NCBI GenBank assembly: GCA_038087875.1
Contig: CM075987.1
Location: forward strand, 26,414,001-26,478,000
Length of the DNA: 64,000 nt
Source of the DNA: Malacoraja senta
Lineage: Eukaryota
Reading direction: 5' to 3'
The position numbers and the translations under genes were made by a program. The notes under the pieces are model-generated. The model saw only the letters and a program-made list of their open reading frames with translations. It had not been told where the DNA came from and searched no databases. Of this stretch, positions 38,413-50,760 are shown piece by piece. Position 1 is the first letter of the stretch. Each line of letters opens with the position of its first letter.

Positions 38413-39314
38413 CTCACAAGCGAACAAAACATTTTCTGAATTGCCACGACTCGAAGATCTGAGCTCTAGGGAGTGATTGAGCAGGCTGGGACTGCAATCC
38501 ATGGAGTGCAGGAGGATCTTATAGATGTGTGTAAAATCATGAGAGGAATAGATTGGGTGGACACAGAGTCTCTTGCCCAGAGTCTGGGAATTGACAATAG
38601 ACAATAGACAATAGGTGCAGGAGTAGGCCATTCGGCCCTTCGAGCCAGCACCGCCATTCAATGTGGTCATGGCTGATCATCCACAATCAGTACCCTGTTC
38701 CTGTCTTCTCCCCATATCCCCTGACTCCACTATTTTTAAGAGCCCTATCTAGCTCTCTCTTGAATTGAGAACCAGGGGACATAGAATCGCTGTGAAGGAG
38801 AAAGATTTTATTGGAATCTTGGGGTAACTTCTCTCACGGAGGGTGGTGGGTGTATGGAATGAGCTACCAGAGGAGGTAGTTGATGCAGGGACTATCACAA
38901 CCTTTTAAGAAACAGTTGGACAGGTACATGGATAGACCAGGTTCAGAGGAACATGGGCCAAACACAGGCAGATGGCTCTAGTGTAGAGTCATAGAGAGAG
39001 TCGTAGAGTGATACAGTGTGGAAACAAGCCCTTTGGCCCAACTTGCCCACACCGACCAACGTGTCCCAGCTACACTAGTCCCACCTGCCAGCATTTGTTC
39101 CATAACCTCCAAACCTGTCCTATCCATGTACAGTACCTGTCTGTTTCTTAAATGTTGGGATAGTCCCAGCCTCAACTACCTCCTCTGGCAGCTCGTTCCT
39201 TACACCCATCACCTTGTGTGAAAAAGTCCCCCCCTCAGATTCCTATTGGATGTGTAGATGGGACATGTTGGCTGGCGTGGGCAAGTTGGGCTGAAGAACC
39301 TGTTTCCGTGCTAT

Positions 39315-40302
39315 TAGGGTTGCCAACTGTCCCGTATTAGCCGGGACAGCCTGCATATTGGGCTAAATTGGTTTGTCCCGTACGGGACCGCCCTTGTCCC
39401 GTATTTGACTGCTACTACTCGGGTCGAGGGGACTATCGGGTCGGAGCGCCGCGTCCGTCCCCGCCTCACCCGTCCCGACGTAGTGCAGCCCCTGGAGTGC
39501 AGCTGTCCGACCTTCGGAACTTCGCTTACCGCCGAGCTTCACCTCGCTTCGCTCATGGCCGATCATCGGTTCATGAGTTGGACGGGGTGCCGGACTTTGC
39601 GCACGATGTCGCGCGGCCCGGGCCAAAACTCCTCAGCTGGCCCGCCGGCTGGGCTTTGTGTGCAGTCCAGCACCCGGGCCCAACTCATCATTCACCCAGC
39701 CACGGCCGAGTCTTTCGGGCCGAAACCCTTCTGGAAATAGGCAACGTTTCGGGCCGAAACCCTTCCGGGTTTCGGACCCGAAACGTTGCCTATTTCCTTC
39801 ACTCCATAGATGCTGCTGCACCCGCTGAGTTTCTCCAGCACTTTTGTCTACCTTCGATTTTCCAGCATCTGCAGTTCCTTCTTAAACATGTCTGGAAGCA
39901 GGCGTGAGCCAGGTAACCTGGCCATCATTCGGCTCCCTCTCAGGTAATTATGAAACACAGCAACATGTAACACATATAGAGGCAGCACGGTGGCACAGCG
40001 GTAGAGTTGTGGGTTCGATCCTGGCTACGGGTGCTGTCTGTACCTTCTCCCCGTGACCTGCGTGGGTTTTCTCTGAGATCTTCGGTTTCCGCCCACACTC
40101 CAAAGACGTGCAGGTCTGTAGGTTAATTGGGATAAATGTAAAATTATCCCTAGTGTGTGTGTGTGTGTGTGGGATAGTGTTATTGTGCGGCGATCACTGG
40201 TCGGCGCGGACTCGTTGGGCCGGTCAACGAATTGCCGTCGGGAATTTGTCCCGTATTTTGACCTTCTGTCCCTTATTTGGGAGTGAGAACGTTGGCGACC
40301 CA
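39315..40302. mobile_element. hAT-like (Blackjack-type) non-autonomous element carrying a ~510-bp internal insertion
   Basis: Left end tagggttgccaac, right end gttggcgacccac. Subterminal tgtcccgta repeats at both ends. TSD not resolved. Confidence 0.6.
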
Positions 40303-41236
40303 CACGTGCTGAATCTCTAAGCTCCAAAACTCTGAACCTAAACCGGTAGTGTTATGATTTCCCCTTGATGATCCCAGCAGCACATTCAGAGCTGGGATGA
40401 AGTGTCGCTCACTACATGGCACTGGCTCGACTTATTCACAGAAATATGTTGACTCTTATTATAAACTCCCATCAATCTCTGCTGAAAGGCTCTGCCATGT
40501 GTTATCACAGCATCTCCATTGTTCCGTTTAAATGTCACCGCTGTATTGTGCGACTGTTCACTTCGCTTGTGCGGGTCATTTAATCTCTCTGGTCAACACA
40601 CTGGGTTTAATGAATAGCTGGAGCTTTTTCAAACCTTTCTTGGCCTCAATACGGGGGGAGTGGAGAACAAGGGGATCCAATCTAACAGGACACCGTGGCG
40701 CAGCGGTAGAGTTGCTGCCGCACAGCGCCGGAGACCCGGGTTCGATCCCGACCACGGGCGCTGTCTGCACGGAGTTTGTACGTTCTACCCGTGACCTGGT
40801 TCTTGGTTTCTTGGTCCTCCAAAATATTCCAAATGGAATTTAAACTGGAGGCGGTTTTAACCTGCGTGGGTTTTCTCCGAGATCTCCGGTTTCCTCCCAC
40901 ACTCCAAAGACGTGCAGGTTTGCAGGTTAATTGGCTTGGTGTAAATATAAAATGATCCCCAGTGTGTGTGTACAGGGTAGTGTTAATGTGCGGGGATCGC
41001 TGGTTGGTGCGGACTCGGTGGGCGGAGGTGCTGTATCTCTAACCTAACCTAAACTAAACCTAAACAACTGATTCTCTTCAAGACAGACACAAAAAGCTGG
41101 AGTACCTCAGCGGGTCAGACAGCATCTCTGGAGAAAAGGAATAGGTGACGTTTTGGGTTGAGACCCTTCTTCAGACTGGAAGTCAGGGGAAAGGGAAAAG
41201 AGAGATATGAAAAGATAGATTGAACAAAGGAATGAA

Positions 41237-41651
41237 GTGCCAAACGACCTGAGCCTCATCGTAACCAACTGTGCGGCTTCCAACTGAGCCAATAAGCACT
41301 TCTCTCTGCTATTACCACCGAACCACAAAGTACACATTGAGCCAATAATAAGTTATCATCATCTGTCCAAGAGTTGAAGAAGGAACTGCAGATGCTGGAT
41401 AATCGAAGGTAGACAAAAGTGCTGGAGAAACTCAGCGGGTGCAGCAGCATCTATGGAGCGAAGGAAATAGGCAACGTTTCGGCCCGAAACCCTTCAGGAA
41501 GGAAATTGGTAACGTTTCGGGCCGAAACCCGGAAGGGTTTCGTCCCGAAACGTTGCCTATTTCCTTCGCTCCATAGATGCTGCTGCACCCGCTGAGTTTC
41601 TCCAGCACTTTTGTCTACCTTCGATTTTCCAGCATCTGCAGTTCCTTCTTA
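41237..41651 (-). mobile_element. Palindromic Penelope-pLTR mini-element plus tail, with a 14-bp TSD
   Basis: TSD aacaaaggaatgaa at 41223-41236 and 41652-41665. Inserted in an older pLTR. Confidence 0.85.
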
Positions 41652-42073
41652 AACAAAGGAATGAAAGATATGCCAAAGTACAAATCAAACACTTGACAAT
41701 TAACTAAACTAAACTAAAAGGAAAATAATTGTGATTCTGCACTTGAAAAAGCCATGGACACTAAAACATCTAACTCTGATAGTCCACCATTAAAGTACCA
41801 TCTATTGTCAGCCATTTGATCTCCTCAGTTGGTTCGAGCTTCTGAATTTATCATCTTGGTCAAGTGAGCTGGCTCCATTTTGGGCCAATGACACCTTCAA
41901 CAAAACAGGGTGAACAAAGGAGACGATGTCTCTCACGAGGCAAGGTGTCCCAATCATGTGGTGTATGAGCTAGATTTCACGTTAGTTTAGTTTAGTGATA
42001 CAGCATGGAAATAGGCCCTTCAGCCCACCGAGTCCACGCCGACCAGCGATCACCCCGTTCACCAAAGTTCTAA

Positions 42074-42656
42074 AGGCTCTGTCTTACCTGTTTGCGGTCA
42101 TCGGCGGTGAAGCGCGGCGTCGCCGGTCGAGGGGACCGCACGGCAACGGCGAGAGCGCCGAGCCTATCCACGGGAGCGCCGCACGGATGCTGCGCGGGGG
42201 CCGAGTGATTCAAATACGGCTGGTCCCACGTGCTTGCGGTAAGTTAAAAAAAGGGCGGGCCGACTGCGATGACGTCGGCCCGCCGCACGTGACTCACTAG
42301 CGGCGGCTGTGGCGGCGGCCGTCCTGATCGCGGCGCTGTAGCGGTGGTTGTGCCTGCGGCCGTGCCGCACACGTGCCTCACTGGCGGAGGCTGTGGCAGT
42401 GGAAGTTTGACGCGCGGCGCTCGAGCCACACTGGCGGCGGCCCGTGCGGGCGGCCGTGCCGCACTCGTGCATCACTGGTGGAGGTTGTGCGGTAAGAATA
42501 TAGTTTTCAACAGTGTAGGTTTTATTTTAGCACCGTGCGGTGTTGGGAGCAACGCCGCATGGCCCCGGAATTGTGCGTTCTCACGAGTGCGCGGTCTATG
42601 GCGGCAGATTCTTCCCGTTTCGCCGCCAATGACCGCAGACTCGTGAGACAGGCCTT
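42074..42656. mobile_element. GC-rich PIF/Harbinger-type MITE inside a SINE
   Basis: ~40-bp imperfect TIRs. TAA at 42071-42073 and 42657-42659. The host SINE continues on both sides. Confidence 0.8.
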
Positions 42657-45239
42657 TAAGTTATCCCACTTTCTCATCCACACTCTACAGACTCGGGGGA
42701 CAATTTACAGAGGGCCAATTATGCTACAGACCTACGCACATCTTTTGGATGCGGGAGGAATTCAGAGCTCCGGAGGAAACCCACGCGGTCACAGAGAGAA
42801 CGTGCAAACTCCACACAGACAGCACCCGAGATCATCGAACCCGGGTCTCTGTTGCTATAAGACGGCGGATCTATCAGCTGTGCCTCCTCTATGGTTACTT
42901 TCTTTCCTGACAGAAACATTAGATATTTTACAAGATATGCATTTCGACTTGTTGCAGCGAAGTAATAAGGTGATACGTATACTCAAATAAATGTTCTGTG
43001 CAGTTTCAGTTTAGTCTGTCACGTGTACCGTGTACCGAGGTACAGTGAAAAGCTTTTGTTGCGTGCTAACCAGTCAGCGGAAAGACAATACATGATTACA
43101 ATCGAGCCATTCACAGTGTACAGATACATGATAAGGGAATAACGTTTAGTGCAAGGTAAAGTCCGATCAAGGATAGTCCGAGGTCAACAATGAGGTAGAT
43201 AGTAGTTCAGGACTGCTCTCTGGTTGTTGGTAGGATGATTCAGTTGCCTGATAACAGCTGGGAAGAAACTGTCCCTGAATCTGGAGGTGTGCGCTTTCAC
43301 ACTTCCATACCTTTTGCCCGACTGGATTATGCTGCTGGCCTTGCCGAGGCGGTGTGAGGTATGAGCCTTAATTTACCTTCCTTCATTTATTTATTCATTT
43401 GGCACCTTGTATGGGATGTTGGTGAATGGTGGCTATTTTAATGTCTACTCATGGGACAGTGAACGGGAGAGTCTTGTGTTTTTGGGCCTTGTTGAATTAC
43501 TGCTCTTGCATCGACCCGGACTTGCAGGAGAAATCATCGGTGCACTTGGATACTCCGGCCAAGTGCACACACTTGTGTTATTTAATCCATTGTTAAAGTT
43601 TAGATGGATGGGGAATGCACATAAAAACTGGCCAATTTCCATGAGATTCATTAAAAGATCATCCATTCTTCTTGCGTTGATAAATTATTGAAAGTAAAAC
43701 TCTTACACTAGCAGAATGATAACTAACCTGAAGAAGGTAGATAAAAATGCTGGAGAAACTCAGCGGGTGAGGCAGCATCTATGGAGCGAAGGAATAGGTG
43801 ACGTTTCGGTTCTCGACCTGAAACGTCACCTATTCCTTCTCTCCAGAGATGCTGCCTGATCCGCTGAGTTACTCCAGCATTTTGTGTCTATCTTTGGTTT
43901 AAACCAGCGTCTGCAGTTCCTTCCTACACAATATAATTTAAGATATTCAAGGAAATAACCAGTGGAGGAGGCAGAAGCACAGTAATGTCTGCACCCACTG
44001 CTCGATAGATTCTTGATTAGTACGGATGTCAGAGGTTACGGGGAGAAGGCAGGAGAATGGGGTTAGGAGGAAGAGGTAGATCAGCTATGAATGGCAGAGT
44101 AAACTCAATCGGTCGAATGGCCTAATTCTGCTCCCATCACCTATGACCTTATGACCCCCTGGACCCCTTTGCCATCTCCACCCACACACATTCCCTGTCT
44201 AACCGCAGCTTCCCCTCCAATCAGGCGGCACGATGGCACAGCGGTAGAGTTAGAGTCATAACGAGATACAGCCTGGAGTCAGGCTCTTCGGCCCAACTTG
44301 CCCACACCCGCCAACATGCCCCAGCTACACTAATCCCACCTGCCTGCGCTTGGTCCAGATCCCTCCACACCTGTCCTATCCATGTGCCTGTCTAACCTCT
44401 TCTTAAACGATGAGATAATCCCAGCCTCAACTACCTCGTCTGGCAGCTCGTTCCATACACCCACCACCCTTAGTGTGAAAAAGTTACCTCTTGGATTCCT
44501 ATTAAGTCTTTCCCCCTTCACCTTGAATCTATGTCCTCTGGTCCTCGATTCACCTACTCTGGGCAAGAGACTCTGTGCATCTACCCGATCTATTCCCTCG
44601 TGCTTTTGTACGTTTGTTGTCTTGCAGCCCTTACAGCGCCAGGGACCGGGTTCGATCCTGACTACTGGTGCTTGTCTGTACGGAGTTTGTACGTTTCTCC
44701 CCGTGACCTCCGTAGGTTTTCTCCTCCCAGATCCTCGGTTTCCTCCCACACTCCAGTTCGTTGTTGGACCCCGGTTCCTTCTCCTCTCCTCCGGCCTCAT
44801 TCCTCTCCCATCACATCCGTCGTCTACGCCAGCTCCATCCTCTGGTCTTCAACGGGGGCGAGTTTTCCTTCTCGAAGCCGATGGGATTAGCCGTATCATC
44901 ACGATCCAATGTGGCTGCATTAGCGTCAAAGCTTGCGTGACTAATCCCTTTGAAAATGGTGGGCAGCAATCAATCGCATTTAGAAACCCCGGCTAATATC
45001 TCACAATAAACTTTACCTGAATTAGCAACCAGGAAACACAGAAACCACAGATGTTACAAAGCCCGATTTTATGCTTCTCCACTCTGTACCGATCACCGAG
45101 GATTATTGCATCTGCTATTTGACAGCTTTAGACAATCTGAGCATAAACCAAGTTTGCCTGACTTGCCATGCATCCTAAATATCATCCACACTGTGACCGT
45201 ACTTGTCATATAGTCTTATGCTCTGTCAATAGAAATGTA

Positions 45240-45716
45240 CGAGAATGATCCCAGGAATGAGTAGGTTACCATATGATGAGCGTTTGTCGGCACTGGGCCT
45301 GTACTCGCTGGAGTTTCGAAGGATGAGGGGGCACCTCATTGAAACTTACCGAACAGTGAAAGGCCTGGATAGAATGGATGCGGAGAGGATTTCCCCACTT
45401 GTGGGAGACTCTAGGACCAGAGGTCACAGCCTCAGAATTAGAGGATGTTCCTTTAGGAAGGAGAGGAGGAGGAATTTCTTTAGTCAGAGGGTGGTGAATC
45501 TTTGGAACTCATTGCCATAGATGGTTGTGGAGGCCAAGTCAATGGATATGTTTTAAGGCAGAGATTGACAGATTCTTGATTAGTACAGGTGTCAGGGGTT
45601 ATGGGGAGAAGGCAGGAGAATGGGGTTAGGAGAGAGAGAGAGATCAGCCATGAATGAATGGTGGAGTGGACTGGATGGGCCGAATGGCCTAATTCTGCTC
45701 CTATCACTTATGACCT
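45240..45716 (+). mobile_element. CR1-type LINE 3' end
   Basis: MIPGMSRLPYDERLSALGLYSLEFRRMRG...FFSQRVVNLWNSLP. Confidence 0.87.
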
Positions 45717-48307
45717 TCCTGATCTTATGAAATGAAAAGACAATGGGAAAGAGTAACTATGGAAAAGAAATGACTCTCTCTCACAATACACATGGCAATG
45801 ATCCATGAATGATCTGAATTCTCTGCTGCAGAGGATTCTCTTACACATTACCTTGTCTGTAATCATCTTCTGCCAGTGACTTTGGATAAACAGTGAGGAA
45901 TTGAACATGCATTTTTTAATGGACATGAAAGATAATAGACACATTTATTCATATTCACAAGTGATAGGAGCAGAATTAGGCCCGGTCTCCTCCACCCATT
46001 CAATCACGGCTGATCTACCTTTCCCTCTCAACCCTATTCTCCTGCCTTTTCCCCAGCACCCCCAACACCCGTATTAATGCACTGTCAATGGCTCGATTGT
46101 AATCATGTATTGTCTTTCCGCTGGCTGGATAGCACGCAAACAAAAGCTTTTCACTTTACCTCGGTACACGTGACATTAAACTAACCTGAGCTGAAACTGA
46201 ACTGCAATCAGGAATCTCCCTATCTCTGCTGTAAAAATAAAAATACCCTTTGACCCCATTCTGGGCCCTGCCTTCTCCCCATAGCCCTTGACACCCGTAC
46301 TAATCAAGAATCTATCTACCTCCTCCATAAACATATCCATTGACTTGGCATCCACAGCTGCTGTGGCAATGAATTCCTCAGATCCACCGCCATTTTTCTC
46401 TGCCTCTCTCGACTGGGCATGCAGCAGGAATAAACTTCAGGAATAAAAGTGACTGCCGCTTCCATGGCTCCAGTATTTGCCCAGTATGATTGCCATGTTT
46501 TCGGCTTTATTTATGCTGCAATCAGTTCACAATCTGACGTCGCAGAGAGTTATGGGCTCATAAATTGCTAGCCACCTCTCGGAGAGGGGCCTGCTGAGTA
46601 CACACACAGAAGTAGACTGCGGGAGCTATTTCCATTTCGCTTCCATTTCTGATCCTTGTTGAGTTTTAATCAAATGACCTGAACACGTCGTGGATGGGAT
46701 TCAAAAGGCCGACTTATTCCAGGTGTTTGTAGGAGCGTGACTGCCCACTTACAGACCACTGCGGGGATTTACAGGGCGGAAACGCTTCGTTGTCAAACTC
46801 AGCGCAGAATAAGCCTGCAAAACTCCATCGAGTCTCTTCATATTTGTTTATGCCCCCCTACCTCCTGCTGAGTTTAGTAGAGAGACACAGGCCCTTCGGC
46901 CCCACCGAGCCCGCGCCGACCAGCGATCCCCACACGTAAACACAAACGAGGGACAATTTTACATTTTACACCAAGCCAATTAACCTGCAAACCTGCACGT
47001 CTTGGGAGTGTGGGAGGACACCGGAGATCTCAGGGAAAACCCACGCGTGTCAGGAGGAGACCGTACAAAACGTCGTTGATTGTCATGAAACATCCTTTCA
47101 CCGACTACTTCTTTCCTTCGCCCATTGTAGGCCTGCCAGAATCACCCACGTTAATGATTTAACTGAAGTCCCTGGAAATCGTGCTTATTCAAAAATAAAC
47201 TGTTTTTGAGGCAAGTTGCCACATTTTATTTTCTCACATAAATCAGGTATTAAGGATTCGATCAGAATTTGAGAAATGCAAGTGTTGTTAAAAATAAAAA
47301 GACACAAAGTGCTGGAGTAACTGCAGGGCAAGCAGCTACCGTGAAGAACAGAGATAGGCGATGTTTCGGTTCAGTACCCTTCTTCAGACAAGTGTTGATA
47401 ACCAAGGGAGGTAGTTCACACAGAGGGTGGTGGGTGCATGGAACGAGCTGCCGGAGGAGGTAGTTGAGGCTGGGACTATCACAACATTGAAGAAAGATTT
47501 GGACAGGTACATGTTTACGAAAGAACTGCAGATGCTGGATAAATCGAAGGTAGACAAAAATGCTGGAGAAACTCAGCGGGGGAGGCAGCATCTATGGAGC
47601 GAAGGAATAGGTGACGTTTCGGGTCGAGACCCTTCTTCAGACTGATGTGGGGGTGGGGGGGCGGGAAGAAGAAAGGAAAAGGCGGAGACAGTGGGCTGTG
47701 GGAGAGCTGGGAAGGGGAGGGGAAGGAGGGAGAAAGCAAAGACTACCTGAAATTGGAGAAGTCAATGTTTATACCGCTGGGGTGTAAACTACCCAAGCGA
47801 AAAACATGGACAGGTACATGGATGGGACAGGTTTAGAGAGATGTGGGCCAAAGGCAGGCAGTTGGGACTAGTGTAGATGGGACATGTTGGTCGGTGTGGG
47901 CAGGTTGGCTGAGGGGCCTGAATGACTCTGACTCTCTGACTAATTCTCTCTCACGTGCCAGCCACTTTCCCTTTTGATTTCTTGGCCATCAACCAAATCA
48001 AAGCAGTATTTTGTAGTGGCCAGCATATCTTTCAGACAAGGGAGGAAATAGGCACCTTCTCTGGTGAAAAGGAATTGGTGACGTTTTGGGTCGAGACCCT
48101 TCTTCAGACTGAGATTCAGGAGAGAGGGAAACGAGAGATATTGACGGTGATGTGGAGAGATATGGAACAAATTAATGAGAAACAAGATATTTGAAAGTCA
48201 TTGGAGCTAGGAGAGAAGATTGCAGCATCACCCAGACAGCCCTCAAGGTCAGATATGAAGCAAGAGTCCCTGGAGCAGTGAGGCCGCTACACTGACTGCA
48301 GAATCCA

Positions 48308-48840
48308 TAAGATCATAAGATCAGAAGTGATAGGAGTAGAATTTGGCCCATCAAGTCTACTCTGCCATTCAATCATGGCTGATCTATCTCTCCCTCCTAA
48401 CTCCATTCTCCCCGTAACTTCTGACACCTGTACTAATCAATATCTATCTCTGCCTTAAATATCTCCACTGACTTGGCCGTCTGTGGCACCGAATTCCACA
48501 GATTTACCACCTTCTGACTAAAGATATTTCTCCTCATCTCCTTCCTAAAAGAATGTCCTTAAATTCTGACGCTCTGACCTCTAGTCCAACACTCTCCCAC
48601 CAGTGGAAACATCCTCTTCACATCCACTCTATCTATGCCTTTCATTATTCTGTACGTTTCAATGAGGTCCCCCCTCATTCTTCTAAACTCCAGCGAGTAC
48701 AGGCCCAGTGCTGTCATACGCTCATCATATGTTACCCTACTCATTCCTGGGATCATTCTCGTAAACCTCCACTGGACATCGTAAATCTCCAGAGCCAGCA
48801 CATCCTTCCTCAGATATGGGGACCCCAAATTTGCTGACAT
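48308..48840 (-). mobile_element. CR1-type LINE 3' end
   Basis: SPYLRKDVLALE..VQWRFTRMIPGM...RRMRGDLIETY. Confidence 0.85.
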
Positions 48841-50620
48841 ATTTCGAGCTGGCAGAGAAGATTGCAGCTCCACACAGACAGCACTCAAGGTCAGATATGA
48901 ACCAGAGGTCCCTGGCGCTGTGAGGCAGCGACACTGACTACAGAGTCCCAGTGTTTTAGAAATGGTAAACTCAGTTCCAGACTAAAGGGCCTGTCCCACG
49001 GGCATGCGACTCCATGCGGCAAGCGCGACCTAACCGGAAGCGGGGGCCATGCGGGGGCCGCGCGGAGGTCGCGGGGCCGGTCCCACTTCGATCGCCGGAG
49101 CTGTATGGAGTTGTGCAGAGCTGGTCCCGACATCGCGCGGGGCTCCGAAAAACTGACACTGTTCAAAAATTCCACGCGGCAACGGCCTGCCGGCCCGCAG
49201 CCGCCTCGGGGCCCTGCGCACCGCCTCGAGCCAGGTGCGCAGGGCCTTCGAGCCAGCACCGCCATTCAATGTGATCTAGGCTGATCATCCCCAATCAGTA
49301 CCCCGTTCCTGCCTTCTCCCCATATCCCCTGACTCCGCTATCTTCAAGAACCCTATCCAGCTCTCTCTTGAAAGCATCCAGAGAACCTGCCTCCACCGCC
49401 CTCTGAGGCAGAGAATTCCACACTCTCTGTGAGAAAAATTGTTTCCTCATCTCCGTTCTAAATGGCTTACCCCCTTATTCTTAAACCCTCTTCATCCCTT
49501 ATCCAGCCCACATCATTCATCCTTATTTTATTTGCTTGTGATTGATGATTACTACAAAATAGTGAACAAGTGCTTCCACACCTAAAACAAAAACCTCCTT
49601 AAATAGAATCCCAAATATCATGGAATCTCATGGTATTTGATTGTCACTTGCGGGTGGAGCACCAAGGCAAATTCCTTGTATGTGAATACTTGGCCAATAA
49701 ACTTATTCATTCATTCATTCATTTCCTGAAATTTTCCAAGCCTTCCCCAACTGCGCGCGCACAGGGAGACGGCGTCATTTTGCGTCCCTACCGCGTCACC
49801 GGCGCCATTTTCAATTGTGACGCGGGTGACGGGCCTCCCCCAACGGCGCAGGCGCGGATGGTGGTAAATATACTTTTTTCCCCCCCAAATCATCCCACGG
49901 GCCGGATTGGACCCCTTCGCGGGCCGGATGCGGTAAAATTTCCCGAAATTATTTAATTTCCCTAAACTTACCTGAAGACGACCAGAATTTCCCGAATTTT
50001 CGGATAATTTCCTTCAATGTGGAAACGCAATAGTGAACAGCTTTGGGCAGTGTACTCTGGCTTTTTATAACTACCTTCAACTGCCCAAACCTGTTTCAAC
50101 TTGGACAGCTGATGGAAGATTAGAAGTGAAGCAAAAGTCAATAAGTTGATTGCGCTGTGATGGCTCAGCAGTAACGTTTAAATATGTTCTGCCTCAAGGA
50201 TAAATCACCCACCTGGTGGCAACTTTCAGTTATGAAAGCAGGTAGGGACTCTTGGTCCTCACATTATCAACCTGCTTTAGTCAGGAAAGGGGTGGCATTT
50301 CTCTGAACTTTGAGTGGGAAAGGAACTGCAGATGCTGGTTTAAACCCAAGATAGACACAAAAAGCTGGAGTGACTCAGCGGGTCAGGCAGCATCTCCGGA
50401 GGAAAAAGAATAGGTGACGTTTCGTGCCGAGACCTTTCTTCAGACTGAGGTTCAGGGGAAAGGGAAACGGGAGATATAGACGGTGATGTAGAGAAATATG
50501 GAACAAATGAAGAAGGGCCTCGACCCGAAACATCGCCCATTCCTTTTCTCCAGAGATGCTGCCTGTCCCGCTGTTGGTTTAAACCAGCAACTGCAGTTCT
50601 CTCCTACGTAGAACAAATGA

Positions 50621-50760
50621 TTCTTCTTCTTGCGCGTGGCGTGCGCAGCCTAAAGTTGTATGACAACTTGTTCTAATTGATCTTATTTGATTGTGCACGC
50701 CAGGTTGATTGCATTCGTTGAAACAGGGCGAACCATGTGAAGGTTGCAATCTCCCACCCC
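50621..50760 (-). mobile_element. ~140-bp non-autonomous retroposon: 5' HDV-like ribozyme, 3' hairpin, (AAG)n tail
   Basis: TSD aacaaatga at 50612-50620 and 50761-50769. Tail reads ttcttcttctt on +. Second copy at 21749-21888. Confidence 0.85.
50707..50760 (-). ncRNA. HDV-like (CPEB3-type) self-cleaving ribozyme with minimal P4; catalytic C retained
   Basis: Minus strand reads GGGGTGG GA GATTGCA ACC TTCACAT GGT TCGCCCT GT TTCAA CGAA TGCAATC. P1 (7 bp including G-U pairs), P2 (7 bp perfect), P3 (3 bp), L3 and J4/2 CGAA are in HDV order. Confidence 0.82.

Noticed and set aside
44382..44996. 204-aa ORF, or possible upstream BRINP1 exon near 44900
   Set aside because: Antisense CR1 plus SINE read-through. 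The minus-strand translation does not match the expected KKYGTHLLISATLG and contains stops.
49740..50030. Possible hAT/Charlie element (gggccgga repeats)
   Set aside because: Only subterminal-like motifs are visible, with no paired TIRs or TSD, so it was not called.
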